A stretch of DNA of 64,000 nucleotides from NCBI GenBank assembly GCA_003152105.1, contig PLZJ01000002.1, forward strand, positions 469,682 through 533,681. The letters are read 5' to 3'. The position numbers and the translations under genes were made by a program. The DNA comes from Candidatus Levyibacteriota bacterium. Its GTDB lineage: Bacteria > Patescibacteriota > Microgenomatia > Levybacterales > UBA12049. Each line of letters begins with the position of its first letter. The stretch's first letter is position 1. Shown here one piece after another: positions 28,997 through 37,707 of this stretch. Under the pieces are notes generated by a model that saw only the letters and a list, made by a program, of their open reading frames with translations, ran no database searches and was not told where the DNA came from.

Positions 28997-29743
28997 TTAT
29001 TGATAAAACCCCAGGTTAATCTGTTCATTTGTCCAGGCAAGAAGAGATCTATTTTCAATAGCTCGACGCGCGTCAAATCCGTTGTCTCCGATCCATGTAG
29101 CTGCCTCTTCTATTAAATCTATGCCATCTTCTGGTGTCATTTCGTTTCCACGGTGATCTAAAACTGCTATTTCTCGCATTCTTTCCCTTTCATCTTGTTC
29201 GTTTCCTTTTGTATTATAAAACGCAAGTGAGTTGTGTTTTGGAAGGCCAAGGCGGAGTTGAAATGCATGTACTAGCTCTTCAACACACCCATTGCTATAT
29301 TCCCATTCATCAATCATATGAAGCACAGATGCTTTTTCTGCAATAATACCAAGCCATAAGGCTTGGAAATGTGGCTGTTCCCATGTTTGATCAATTGGAC
29401 CAAAATCTGAAGGGAAAATAATCGGACTATCACTCCTTTGTTCTACTTCTTTGAAGAACGTATAACTTTTTGTGTAATTTGTATTTATCACGCGTTCCAT
29501 TACTTGATGTGGAAATAAAGTGGGGTTGGTAAGAAACTGCTCATACTTGGTTTTTCCTGATGTGATTGGTGCACTCACATATGCCATACCTGTTGGATAA
29601 TGAATGCCTCTGACAACACGCATAATATTGTGTGCAGTAATTGCTTGCTCAGTTTGTTCAGGCCATACCTGTGTTTTATAACGATACCAAAGTGAATGTT
29701 CCTCAAGTGGGCCTGGAGTAGGTGCAAGCTGTTCTTTTCCCAT
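28997..29743 (-). CDS. Hypothetical protein (possible deviant P-loop APITSGKT)
   Basis: ORF; weak Walker-A-like AxxxxGKT. Confidence 0.3.
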   Translation of the reverse strand: MGKEQLAPTPGPLEEHSLWYRYKTQVWPEQTEQAITAHNIMRVVRGIHYPTGMAYVSAPITSGKTKYEQFLTNPTLFPHQVMERVINTNYTKSYTFFKEVEQRSDSPIIFPSDFGPIDQTWEQPHFQALWLGIIAEKASVLHMIDEWEYSNGCVEELVHAFQLRLGLPKHNSLAFYNTKGNEQDERERMREIAVLDHRGNEMTPEDGIDLIEEAATWIGDNGFDARRAIENRSLLAWTNEQINLGFYQ

Positions 29744-29785
29744 GGAGGCTGATTATATCACCATACAGTCGTAATGCAAGAAATA

Positions 29786-30991
29786 CTACCAATCTTTTTT
29801 GTAATATATTTTTCCTTTTAAATTCTCGGGCAAATACGACTGTTTGCTTTTTACTCCTGTCTCTTTTTCCTCTTTCCAGGCATAGCGAATATGTCCTTTT
29901 CCATAGCCTTGTTGTTTCATAACCTTATTTGAGGCATTTCGAAGATGAAGTGGAATAGGACCAAGTACTGTGTTTTCAATATCAGAAAGTGCTTCAAATA
30001 TCCCAACTGTTGAGGCAATGGATTTTTTGGAAGTTGCAAGATACGTTGCTGTTTGAGAAAGAATAAGTTGTGCTTCTGGCATGCCAATCATATGACAAGC
30101 TTGCATGGCTGCTGTTGCAAGCACCATTGCCGTTGGCTGCGCGTTGCCAATATCTTCAGATGCAAAAATGACCATGCGTCTTGCAATAAACAGTGGGTCT
30201 TCTCCAGCTTTTAACATACGTGCTAAGTAATGGAGCGTTGCATCTGGGTCACTGCCGCGCATTGATTTAATAAAGGCGGAAATAGTGTCATAATGCCAGT
30301 CACCTTTTTTATCATAATAAATTGCTTTTTGTTGTACTGCTTGTTCAGAAACTAAAAGTGTAACTTTTTTTGCAATACTTGCCGAAAGTTCAATAGCATT
30401 GATTACCGTTCTCCCGTCTCCATTTGCAAAATGAATAATGTGTGCGAGTGCTTCTTTTTCAAACATGTGTTTTGGAAATGTTGCTACTGCTTTTTCCACG
30501 ACCTTTTGTAAATCATCAGTACTGAGTGGCTTTAAAACATACACCTGTGAACGAGAAATAAGAGGAGCGTTAACACGAAATCCCGGGTTTTCTGTTGTTG
30601 CACCAATTAAACTAATTGTCCCATCTTCAACAACAGGTAAAAACCCGTCTTGCTGCGCTTTGTTAAATCGATGAATCTCGTCAACAAACAGTATTGTTTT
30701 TTTGTTTTCCTCGCTCTTTATAAGACGAGCTTCTTTTATTACTTTTCGTACATCTTCAACGCCACTTGTCACTGCAGAGAAAAAAACAAAATGTGATTTT
30801 GTAGAATGAGCGATAACATGCGCGAGTGTTGTTTTTCCACTTCCTGGAGGACCCCACAAAATCATTGAAGGAATATTGCCACTTTCAATAATTTTTCTGA
30901 TTGGTCCGTTTTTGCCAACTAAATGTTCTTGCCCAATATATTCGTCTAAATTTTTTGGTCGAAGAAGTTCTGCGAGAGGTTGATCTGCCAT
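29786..30991 (-). CDS. rarA: Replication-associated recombination protein A (AAA+ ATPase RarA/MgsA)
   Basis: Walker A GPPGSGKTTLA, Walker B ILFVDEIHRFNKAQQD, MgsA C-terminal domains. Confidence 0.9.
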   Translation of the reverse strand: MADQPLAELLRPKNLDEYIGQEHLVGKNGPIRKIIESGNIPSMILWGPPGSGKTTLAHVIAHSTKSHFVFFSAVTSGVEDVRKVIKEARLIKSEENKKTILFVDEIHRFNKAQQDGFLPVVEDGTISLIGATTENPGFRVNAPLISRSQVYVLKPLSTDDLQKVVEKAVATFPKHMFEKEALAHIIHFANGDGRTVINAIELSASIAKKVTLLVSEQAVQQKAIYYDKKGDWHYDTISAFIKSMRGSDPDATLHYLARMLKAGEDPLFIARRMVIFASEDIGNAQPTAMVLATAAMQACHMIGMPEAQLILSQTATYLATSKKSIASTVGIFEALSDIENTVLGPIPLHLRNASNKVMKQQGYGKGHIRYAWKEEKETGVKSKQSYLPENLKGKIYYKKDW

Positions 30992-31055
30992 GTGTCTATT
31001 CTACCACGCTACCGCAATCATAAAATGAAAGCAAAACTGGTGCTATAATCATTTA

Positions 31056-31604
31056 ATGCAACTTGTTGTCCCATCAATTACCTATCAGGAAAGTTTTCTC
31101 TCAGCAGTTGACGAATATCAAAAAGAACAAAAAAGCAGCATGCATATGAGAAATGAGCATTATAACTTACTGAATAAAGGCGAGCTAGTACATAATTTTC
31201 AAGCATATGTTGATCTTGTAAAATCTCGCTCAACTGGTCGAAATCTACCACCTGGATATGTTCCTGAATCAACTTTTTGGTATGTCGACAACAACACCTA
31301 TATTGGGAGAGTGTCGATTCGCCATACGTTAACAAAGCCTTTATTAGAAACTGGAGGTCATATTGGCTATGATATAAGACCAAGCCAAAGAGGCAAAGGA
31401 TATGGTAATAAGTTACTTTCTCTTGCTTTGGAAAAAGCAAAGGATCTTGGAATTACGAAAGTTCTGATTACGTGTAATGTAAATAATATACCTTCTAAAA
31501 AGGTAATAGAAGCAAACAAGGGAATATTTGAAAACCGTGTCAAAACACAAGAGGGAGAAAGTGACAAGCTTCGGTATTGGATTACGCTTGAAAATCAACC
31601 ATAA
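31056..31604 (+). CDS. GNAT family N-acetyltransferase
   Basis: RPSQRGKGYGNKLLSLALEKAKDLG. Confidence 0.7.
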   Translation: MQLVVPSITYQESFLSAVDEYQKEQKSSMHMRNEHYNLLNKGELVHNFQAYVDLVKSRSTGRNLPPGYVPESTFWYVDNNTYIGRVSIRHTLTKPLLETGGHIGYDIRPSQRGKGYGNKLLSLALEKAKDLGITKVLITCNVNNIPSKKVIEANKGIFENRVKTQEGESDKLRYWITLENQP

Positions 31605-31628
31605 ATTATTACTTCTGTTTCCAAACTA

Positions 31629-32726
31629 TTGACTTCATATCAATATTACCTCATCATTAAAAAGATGGAAACTGCTACGCCAATACAACCTACAACACAG
31701 CCTCCAGTGCAAGCACCCGTTACTCCGGGCGTTTCAAGCGTTACGCCAACTACTCCACAAATAGTCACCGAATCACTCCACGACAATTATGTTAAAGGAT
31801 CATTTAAACGAAGACTTGGAGCTTTTCTTATTGACTTTTTACTCTGCTACGCTGCGCTTGTAGTTGTGCGATTTTCAAATATCCCTTCACTCTATCTTTG
31901 GATAAGTATTGCAACCGTTGTTGTGGCACTCTGTTATGCGCCACTTTTTATCTGGAAATGGGGAGCAACACCGGGAAAAATGGTATGTAAACTTAAAGTT
32001 GTTAAAACTGATTACCAAAAAGTTGGTTTTTGGCGCGCTTTGCTTCGAGAAACATTTGCTAAATGGATTTCATCATTCTTTTTTAATCTTGGCTATTTTT
32101 GGATGTTTCTAAATAAGCAAAGAATGACGTGGCATGATGAGATTGCTCAAACAGTAGTTGTTGAAGTAGATTCTAATCGACAACTCATGCCTTCAACCAT
32201 TTCTCCAAAAGTTTCGGTTAAAAATATTATCTCTTTTTTCATAACTTATATATTATTTGGAACTCCATTTATCTTTTTAATACTCTACGTATTCTTTTTC
32301 CGTCCTTTTCAAGTAAATGGAATTTCCATGCAGCCAAATTACACAAATAAAGAATATTTTATAACCAAACTTATGTATGGCAGCGTAGAAAGAGGGGATG
32401 TGTTTGTATATAAGGCACCGGATTCACCAAGAAAAGATTATATTAAACGAGTTATTGGACTTCCAGGTGAAACAATAATGATTAGCACTGGCAAAGTATA
32501 TATCAATGGGCAATTACTTGATGAAACAAGTTACCTGGCAAGCACTGTCATAACTTCAGGAGGATCATATTTGCCAGATGGGAAAACTATTACTATTCCA
32601 AATGATTCGTATTTTATGCTTGGAGATAATAGATCACAAAGCATAGACTCAAGGCAGTACGGGCCGGTTGCAAAACAACTACTCATTGGAAAAGAATTAT
32701 TTTGCTATTTCAACTGCGCAAAGTAG
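31629..32726 (+). CDS. lepB: RDD-family membrane domain fused to signal peptidase I (S26)
   Basis: S26 motifs NGISMQPN (Ser), KRVIGLPGE (Lys), GDNRSQSIDSR; N-terminal RDD-like TMs. Confidence 0.7.
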   Translation: MTSYQYYLIIKKMETATPIQPTTQPPVQAPVTPGVSSVTPTTPQIVTESLHDNYVKGSFKRRLGAFLIDFLLCYAALVVVRFSNIPSLYLWISIATVVVALCYAPLFIWKWGATPGKMVCKLKVVKTDYQKVGFWRALLRETFAKWISSFFFNLGYFWMFLNKQRMTWHDEIAQTVVVEVDSNRQLMPSTISPKVSVKNIISFFITYILFGTPFIFLILYVFFFRPFQVNGISMQPNYTNKEYFITKLMYGSVERGDVFVYKAPDSPRKDYIKRVIGLPGETIMISTGKVYINGQLLDETSYLASTVITSGGSYLPDGKTITIPNDSYFMLGDNRSQSIDSRQYGPVAKQLLIGKELFCYFNCAK

Positions 32727-32750
32727 TAGCAATAAGATAAGTACAATAAG

Positions 32751-33398
32751 TTACACAGCTACGTATAGTGAACTAATTATCGGTAGTATATCTTTTATAT
32801 CAGACACAACAAACTCTGGATTACATTTTGCTATTTCGTTTTTGTGAAATCCATATGCTGCGCCAATTGTTTTTACTTTTGCATTTTTCCCAGCTTTGAT
32901 GTCAACATCAGTATCTCCTATCATTACCGCAGATTCTTTTGAGACACTTAAGAAACGCAGCGCTTTTTCTATTCCTTCTGGATCTGGTTTTTGTTTCAAG
33001 ACATCTTCACTCGTTAAAAGCAGATCTAAAAACGGAAAAATTCCAGCTCTTTTGAGGGTTGATGTTGCAGTTTTATTTGATCTTGTGGTGAGCGCAACAA
33101 TAAGAATGTGTTGTTTTTTTAGCGTTTCGAGAACTGAAAGTGTATTGGTAAAGGGAACAGATAGGAAAAGATGTTTTTTCTGGAAATCGCGGTGCAATGA
33201 AATAAGTTTTGATACATCTTTTTTTCCTGTTAAACCGATATAGCAATCTGCAAGTGGTTTTCCAATGTATGGACGAATTTGTTCTCTTGAAACATCTAAA
33301 AACCCTTCCTTTTTAAGGGTAAATGCAAATGCTTGAAAAATAAATTCAGTGGTATCCAGAAGCGTTCCGTCAACATCAAAAAGAACGAGTGTGATCAT
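32751..33398 (-). CDS. HAD-superfamily hydrolase (phosphatase); start at internal Met MITLVLFDVDGTL
   Basis: HAD motif I FDVDGTLLDT, motif IV GDTDVDIKAG; upstream ORF extension is low-probability. Confidence 0.7.
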   Translation of the reverse strand: MITLVLFDVDGTLLDTTEFIFQAFAFTLKKEGFLDVSREQIRPYIGKPLADCYIGLTGKKDVSKLISLHRDFQKKHLFLSVPFTNTLSVLETLKKQHILIVALTTRSNKTATSTLKRAGIFPFLDLLLTSEDVLKQKPDPEGIEKALRFLSVSKESAVMIGDTDVDIKAGKNAKVKTIGAAYGFHKNEIAKCNPEFVVSDIKDILPIISSLYVAV

Positions 33399-33558
33399 AC
33401 TCAGATTATAGCAAAATACAATACGAAGATTTGGGATTGAGTGCGGGCAAGTTGTTTGTTTTGAAGGTTTTCTCGATAGAGAAGAACGGTCATTGCAGAC
33501 AGAGCTTGCCTCGCGTGCACTCATTTTGTTGCGGGAATGTTATACATGCAGCCGTTGC

Positions 33559-33864
33559 TTATAGTGGTCTTCCATGGAGTGCATCATCGTAGCTTTGTGA
33601 TCTGATTGCTTCGCCTAAAGATTGAACGTCAGCATGCTTAACCTTTGTTAGTTCGGAGACTGAAACATTGATGCAGTCGGCGAAAATACCGGTTACGTAG
33701 TGTGGAGCACGTTCACCTCTTGAGATGACATGAAGTATGATTACTTGAACTTGACCTTTTTTGGTTTGTTCATCTAATACTGAAACGATTGATCGTTCGG
33801 CATGCTTCTCATTGTTTACGTTCCTTTCGAGAATGTAAATTTCGTCGACTTCGACTCTATCCAC
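33559..33864 (-). CDS. Hypothetical protein (GC-rich islet 1)
   Basis: ORF; local G+C visibly above window background. Confidence 0.3.
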   Translation of the reverse strand: MDRVEVDEIYILERNVNNEKHAERSIVSVLDEQTKKGQVQVIILHVISRGERAPHYVTGIFADCINVSVSELTKVKHADVQSLGEAIRSQSYDDALHGRPL

Positions 33865-33909
33865 AATAGTTCCTTTCTATGTTGTTAGTTGAATTTGAAA
33901 AAGATCTAT

Positions 33910-34233
33910 CTACAAATGCCAAACCAAATTTGCCAGTAGCACGAGTGTCACAAAGCAAATAACAGAACCGATGAGTGTCCACCATGACAGCTTCACTGTT
34001 CTTCTGTTCGTAGGATATCGACGGGTTTCTGGTGTACCTGCAATATAATTCAACAGCAAAAAGAATGCTGAAACGAGAATAAAGCAGGCGCAAACACAGG
34101 CTCCAAAAATGGCGACTATGTACTCGATTATGTTAATCATCGTCTTTCTCCTTCTGTTTGTATGTTGTGCTGCGAAGGCAAATCCTACGTACTCAGCTTT
34201 GCTTATGTTTGTATCGCGTATCCATCTGGCCAT
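33910..34233 (-). CDS. Small hypothetical membrane protein (GC-rich islet 1)
   Basis: Two TM segments; likely starts at internal Met MINIIEY. Confidence 0.3.
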   Translation of the reverse strand: MARWIRDTNISKAEYVGFAFAAQHTNRRRKTMINIIEYIVAIFGACVCACFILVSAFFLLLNYIAGTPETRRYPTNRRTVKLSWWTLIGSVICFVTLVLLANLVWHL

Positions 34234-34628
34234 CTCACATTGATCGTACCATCTCCTACTCTGAAGAAATCAAATACGTCCAATCCAAACAAGCCAACAG
34301 AGAGCGAGACTTTACATCCGGTGGTTGGGCACAGATCTACAGTAGAACTACAATCTATTCCAGAGCAGTCAACGTGGATCGTGTTTTCTCCATCGTATGT
34401 TATTGTGTAGGTTGTATCGTACTTATCTTGCGAACTTATGACGAGTTGTCCACCAACTGGTACATTGGCAAGGTTATTACCAACAATTGAAACGCCGCTT
34501 GACCTTGGTTGACAACTTTCTAGCCAAACGACAAGTCCGACAATAAGAACGATAGTAGATACGACGAGTCCAAAGGCAGAAATATAATAACGCATGCATT
34601 TCCTTTTGTTCTTTTTAGTAAGCGACAT
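34203..34628 (-). CDS. Membrane-anchored Cys-rich hypothetical secreted protein (GC-rich islet 1, first gene)
   Basis: N-terminal TM; 8 Cys in ectodomain. Confidence 0.35.
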   Translation of the reverse strand: MSLTKKNKRKCMRYYISAFGLVVSTIVLIVGLVVWLESCQPRSSGVSIVGNNLANVPVGGQLVISSQDKYDTTYTITYDGENTIHVDCSGIDCSSTVDLCPTTGCKVSLSVGLFGLDVFDFFRVGDGTINVRWPDGYAIQT

Positions 34629-34654
34629 ACTACGTATAGCTTTATACGCACAAT

Positions 34655-34798
34655 ATCACTTACTAAATGTGTATTTTTCCGCAACTTGTGAATGTGCAAA
34701 TGAAAAAAAACAAGATATAAAATGCTTATTTCTATAACTGTCTTTTAGCCATGGGAGTATAGCAGAATAAAGAGAGCACTTCAAGTGCTATAGGATTA
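34655..34798 (-). promoter_or_regulatory. Conserved repeat element copy 1: minus-strand promoter (TTGAAG-17-TATACT, TG-extended) plus conserved ~120-nt 5' leader
   Basis: 15-mer TTGTGAATGTGCAAA and blocks GGAGTATAGCA.AAT / CAAGTGCTATAGGATTA shared with 49433-49563; ATCACTTACTAA shared with 63134-63145. Confidence 0.5.
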
Positions 34799-34902
34799 TT
34801 TGCGTTATTATTTTTCGTACAATAACTTTTTATCCTTATATTACTCTTATATGTATATTTATTACTTGACTTACCGAAACAATTACATTGTAATTAATAC
34901 AT

Positions 34903-36030
34903 ATGCCAGAAGGAGTAGGTGGAATAGTAGAAGGACAAGCAAGAAATGTATTTGCCAGTAGAATGGCAGATGTAAAAACTTTAGAAAGTGAACAGCAGCC
35001 TCATCATTTTCCAAATCTGATAAAGTTTGTAAAAAACGTAGAGCATATGGGAAATAGTATGAATCAAGCAGATTCACTTAGAACTCTTCGAAACGCAGTT
35101 AAAAATGCAGTTGAGCGTTCAATAACGGGAGATACAGATAGGGAGTTAACACCCTCGGAACAGCAAAAATTACATGCCATATCGCAAATATTTATTGGCC
35201 CATTAGCACTCCAAAAAGAATCGTTAACCCAAGGCTTAAACGATTCACCTCAAATTTCAAAAGAAAAAGCAACACAAGAGAAATTACTTTCTGCGCAAAT
35301 CCAGCAAGGTTTGGTGCAAGGTATATTATATGCATCTAGTGACCGGGCGACAAAAGAAGAAGTTGAAGCGGTATTTTGGCACGTTGGTATGCTTGAGCTT
35401 TTAAGTGAAACACAAGTTGGCCAAAATATACACTTGAAAGACTGGCTTCGTGGAGTGCGAAATCATGCTGCAATGCTTAAGCTTTTTGAGGAACATGGAG
35501 ATGTTCTCGAAGTATTTATGCCAGATCCAGATGAACTAAGTGATGTAGAATTTCTTGATTTAAAAGGTATAGATGCTGTTGTGCTTCTTCGGGACAGAAC
35601 TGATAAAAAAGCAATGCATCTTGTTTGTGTTGATGCAAAATCTGGTGATCTGTTTGGTGTTTTGGATGCAAAAGTACCTGGAATTTCTAATCCAAAAACA
35701 CAAGAACTAATAGATGGAATTGCCAAAAAAGCGCAAGATGATTTGTTAAGTTCTGATATTACACTTACGCAATTTCCAAAAAAACTCGAAGTAAGAATTC
35801 CATCATTTCGTGCCAAAGGTTTGTTTTCAAATGAGGAATTGATCGATGTTGAAAAATCTGCAAAATATCATAAAGCAAGTCCTACGCTTGTACAGTCCAA
35901 TACACTCATGAAAGAACTTCAGAGTGGGAGTAAGGAAGAAATGAGTGCACGATTAGCAAGATTTGGAAGCTTGCCTGACGCAAGTGCAGATTTGGTGGTG
36001 TCAATGCTACATAATGTAATAGAATCATAA
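34903..36030 (+). CDS. Hypothetical cytoplasmic protein (375 aa), no recognisable domain
   Basis: ORF divergent from the repeat-element promoter region. Confidence 0.4.
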   Translation: MPEGVGGIVEGQARNVFASRMADVKTLESEQQPHHFPNLIKFVKNVEHMGNSMNQADSLRTLRNAVKNAVERSITGDTDRELTPSEQQKLHAISQIFIGPLALQKESLTQGLNDSPQISKEKATQEKLLSAQIQQGLVQGILYASSDRATKEEVEAVFWHVGMLELLSETQVGQNIHLKDWLRGVRNHAAMLKLFEEHGDVLEVFMPDPDELSDVEFLDLKGIDAVVLLRDRTDKKAMHLVCVDAKSGDLFGVLDAKVPGISNPKTQELIDGIAKKAQDDLLSSDITLTQFPKKLEVRIPSFRAKGLFSNEELIDVEKSAKYHKASPTLVQSNTLMKELQSGSKEEMSARLARFGSLPDASADLVVSMLHNVIES

Positions 36031-36031
36031 T

Positions 36032-36262
36032 ATGCCAAAAGAATTAAAACATCCCTTAGAACATAATGAGGGACCAAGGAGAAAAGAATCGTCTGTATAC
36101 CTGCTTTTTAGTAGAGCTTCTCATAGACTTGTTGATCTTTTTAATAGTCAAAATATCCCTTCAGATAGGCCTCATCCAAAGCAATTAACACAAGATCATA
36201 CAGATGAAATAGCAATGGAACTTGGAAAGCGTCCAGAAGAACAAAGAGATGTGAAAAAATGA
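36032..36262 (+). CDS. Small hypothetical protein (76 aa), 1 nt downstream of the 375-aa gene
   Basis: ORF. Confidence 0.3.
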   Translation: MPKELKHPLEHNEGPRRKESSVYLLFSRASHRLVDLFNSQNIPSDRPHPKQLTQDHTDEIAMELGKRPEEQRDVKK

Positions 36263-36590
36263 AATGAGAGAGAGTTTTGTCCTATAAGGAAGTAAAAGGG
36301 GTATGCAAGCTTTTGCACACGTTTTACATTCCCTAAGGAGAGGGTCTGTGGTAACACCACAGTATCACCACAGACCCTCATTCGGTTGTCGACCCAGGAT
36401 TACCCTAGATCAACATTCCACTTCTTGACTGAACGTTCAAGTCTTGCCCACGTGTTAGTAGACTCAACTCTATCGTACAGCTCAAGAACCGTACTGAGAA
36501 GAGAAAAAGCCTGTAGTAATTAAAAACATCATTATTTTAGCTATTAATTTTTCATAAAGGAAAGTGGAGTAAATGAAGGAAAAAAGAATT

Positions 36591-36670
36591 GGGGCTGAGT
36601 GATTTTGGATTAAGCTAAGAAGCTACGGCTGCTTACGCAGAAATAGATTTTTGCTTGGTCACTCAGCCCC
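36591..36670 (-). terminator. Hairpin (12-bp GC-rich stem GGGGCTGAGTGA / TCACTCAGCCCC) followed on minus strand by a T-rich run; candidate terminator of 36689..36973
   Basis: Perfect 12-bp inverted repeat with a ~56-nt loop; AATTCTTTTTTCC follows on the minus strand. Confidence 0.35.
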
Positions 36671-36688
36671 TACGTGTGTTACGAACGA

Positions 36689-36973
36689 TTAGAATTCAAA
36701 CTTGACAGATCCTTGTCGATCTTTGGTCGAAAAATGGACGCTGATATTCCCGAAATCGGCGTTGTAGCCATAAATCATCCAGGATTCTCCGCTGCCGTTT
36801 TCTCGATGGACTCCTTTGATATACATGATAAATCCGGTAACGTAAGTAGTTGTTTTAATGTCAAAATACATAAAACGCGTTCCAGACTCACCATCAAAAA
36901 GGTTGAGCATGAGATCGAACTTGGATGGGCCTGCAATGACGGGATACATCTGATCGGTCTGGATAAGAGACAT
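36689..36973 (-). CDS. Hypothetical protein (GC-rich islet 2)
   Basis: ORF. Confidence 0.35.
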   Translation of the reverse strand: MSLIQTDQMYPVIAGPSKFDLMLNLFDGESGTRFMYFDIKTTTYVTGFIMYIKGVHRENGSGESWMIYGYNADFGNISVHFSTKDRQGSVKFEF

Positions 36974-37091
36974 ACGTCCCTCCTTCTATGGCTAATCTGC
37001 GAAAACGGCAGAAGCGCTGTTGCACTGATATTCATCAGTACCACCTGAATTTCGATCCAGGAATTAAATGGTGCCCCTCAGTAGATTTCGA

Positions 37092-37472
37092 CTAGTTGCT
37101 ACTTGTCCACTGAATTTTGCCATCTCTTGTGATCACACAGGAAATGAATTCACCCTCGATCAGCAGTGCTGAGACTGATAGATCGTTTTGGGAAAGGTTA
37201 AAGCTTCGAGCACAAAGCGCAGCCCAGGTATGAGCTAACCAGGTTAACTGGTTCTCATAAAGACTGCGAAGCTGATTAAAGCCAGGGCTTCCCAAAAGCG
37301 GATTGACGAGCGTGACATTGTCGAGAAGAACCTTTCCTTGACCTTGAGGCAAATGAGCCCTGAAATCAGTGATGATCTCATCAGGCGCATGCTTCATATA
37401 GTCTTGGGCTTCAGGTCTCCACGAATCTCGGGCGATGAATCGATTGGTAAAACGAAACGAAGGTAATCGCAT
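37092..37472 (-). CDS. Hypothetical protein (GC-rich islet 2)
   Basis: ORF. Confidence 0.35.
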   Translation of the reverse strand: MRLPSFRFTNRFIARDSWRPEAQDYMKHAPDEIITDFRAHLPQGQGKVLLDNVTLVNPLLGSPGFNQLRSLYENQLTWLAHTWAALCARSFNLSQNDLSVSALLIEGEFISCVITRDGKIQWTSSN

Positions 37473-37707
37473 GGCAGCATCCTTTCTATAAAGTTTTATC
37501 TACTGAGGAGCATTCTAAACACAACATATGTTCACAATGCCACTCAGTAAATTAACACACGTACTATAAAAGAGCTACGAAAAGTTTGGATACGCAGCTT
37601 TTGCCTATCGTCCTTTTTCGTCTTGGAATTGTAGCAAAAAGAGGCACAACAGTCAACTACTACAGGATAAAAGAACCGTTACCACAAGGGGACAAGTAGT
37701 AGTAATA

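Noticed and set aside
36340-36379. 13-bp-stem hairpin as an intrinsic terminator for 36032..36262
   Set aside because: There is no T-run on either strand after the stem, so a classical Rho-independent terminator is unlikely. It is reported as an unexplained structure instead.
36674-37048. Plus-strand ORF 36674..37048 (124 aa)
   Set aside because: It fully overlaps the minus-strand ORF 36689..36973 and runs into the next gene. The minus-strand reading has the terminator hairpin and matches the orientation of the neighbouring genes.
37473-37707. A fourth full copy of the leader element upstream of islet 2
   Set aside because: Only short, weak matches were found (CCACTCAGTAAATT; TATAAAAGAGCTAC). 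This is not enough to call a copy by eye. It is mentioned in the islet 2 finding as a possibility only.
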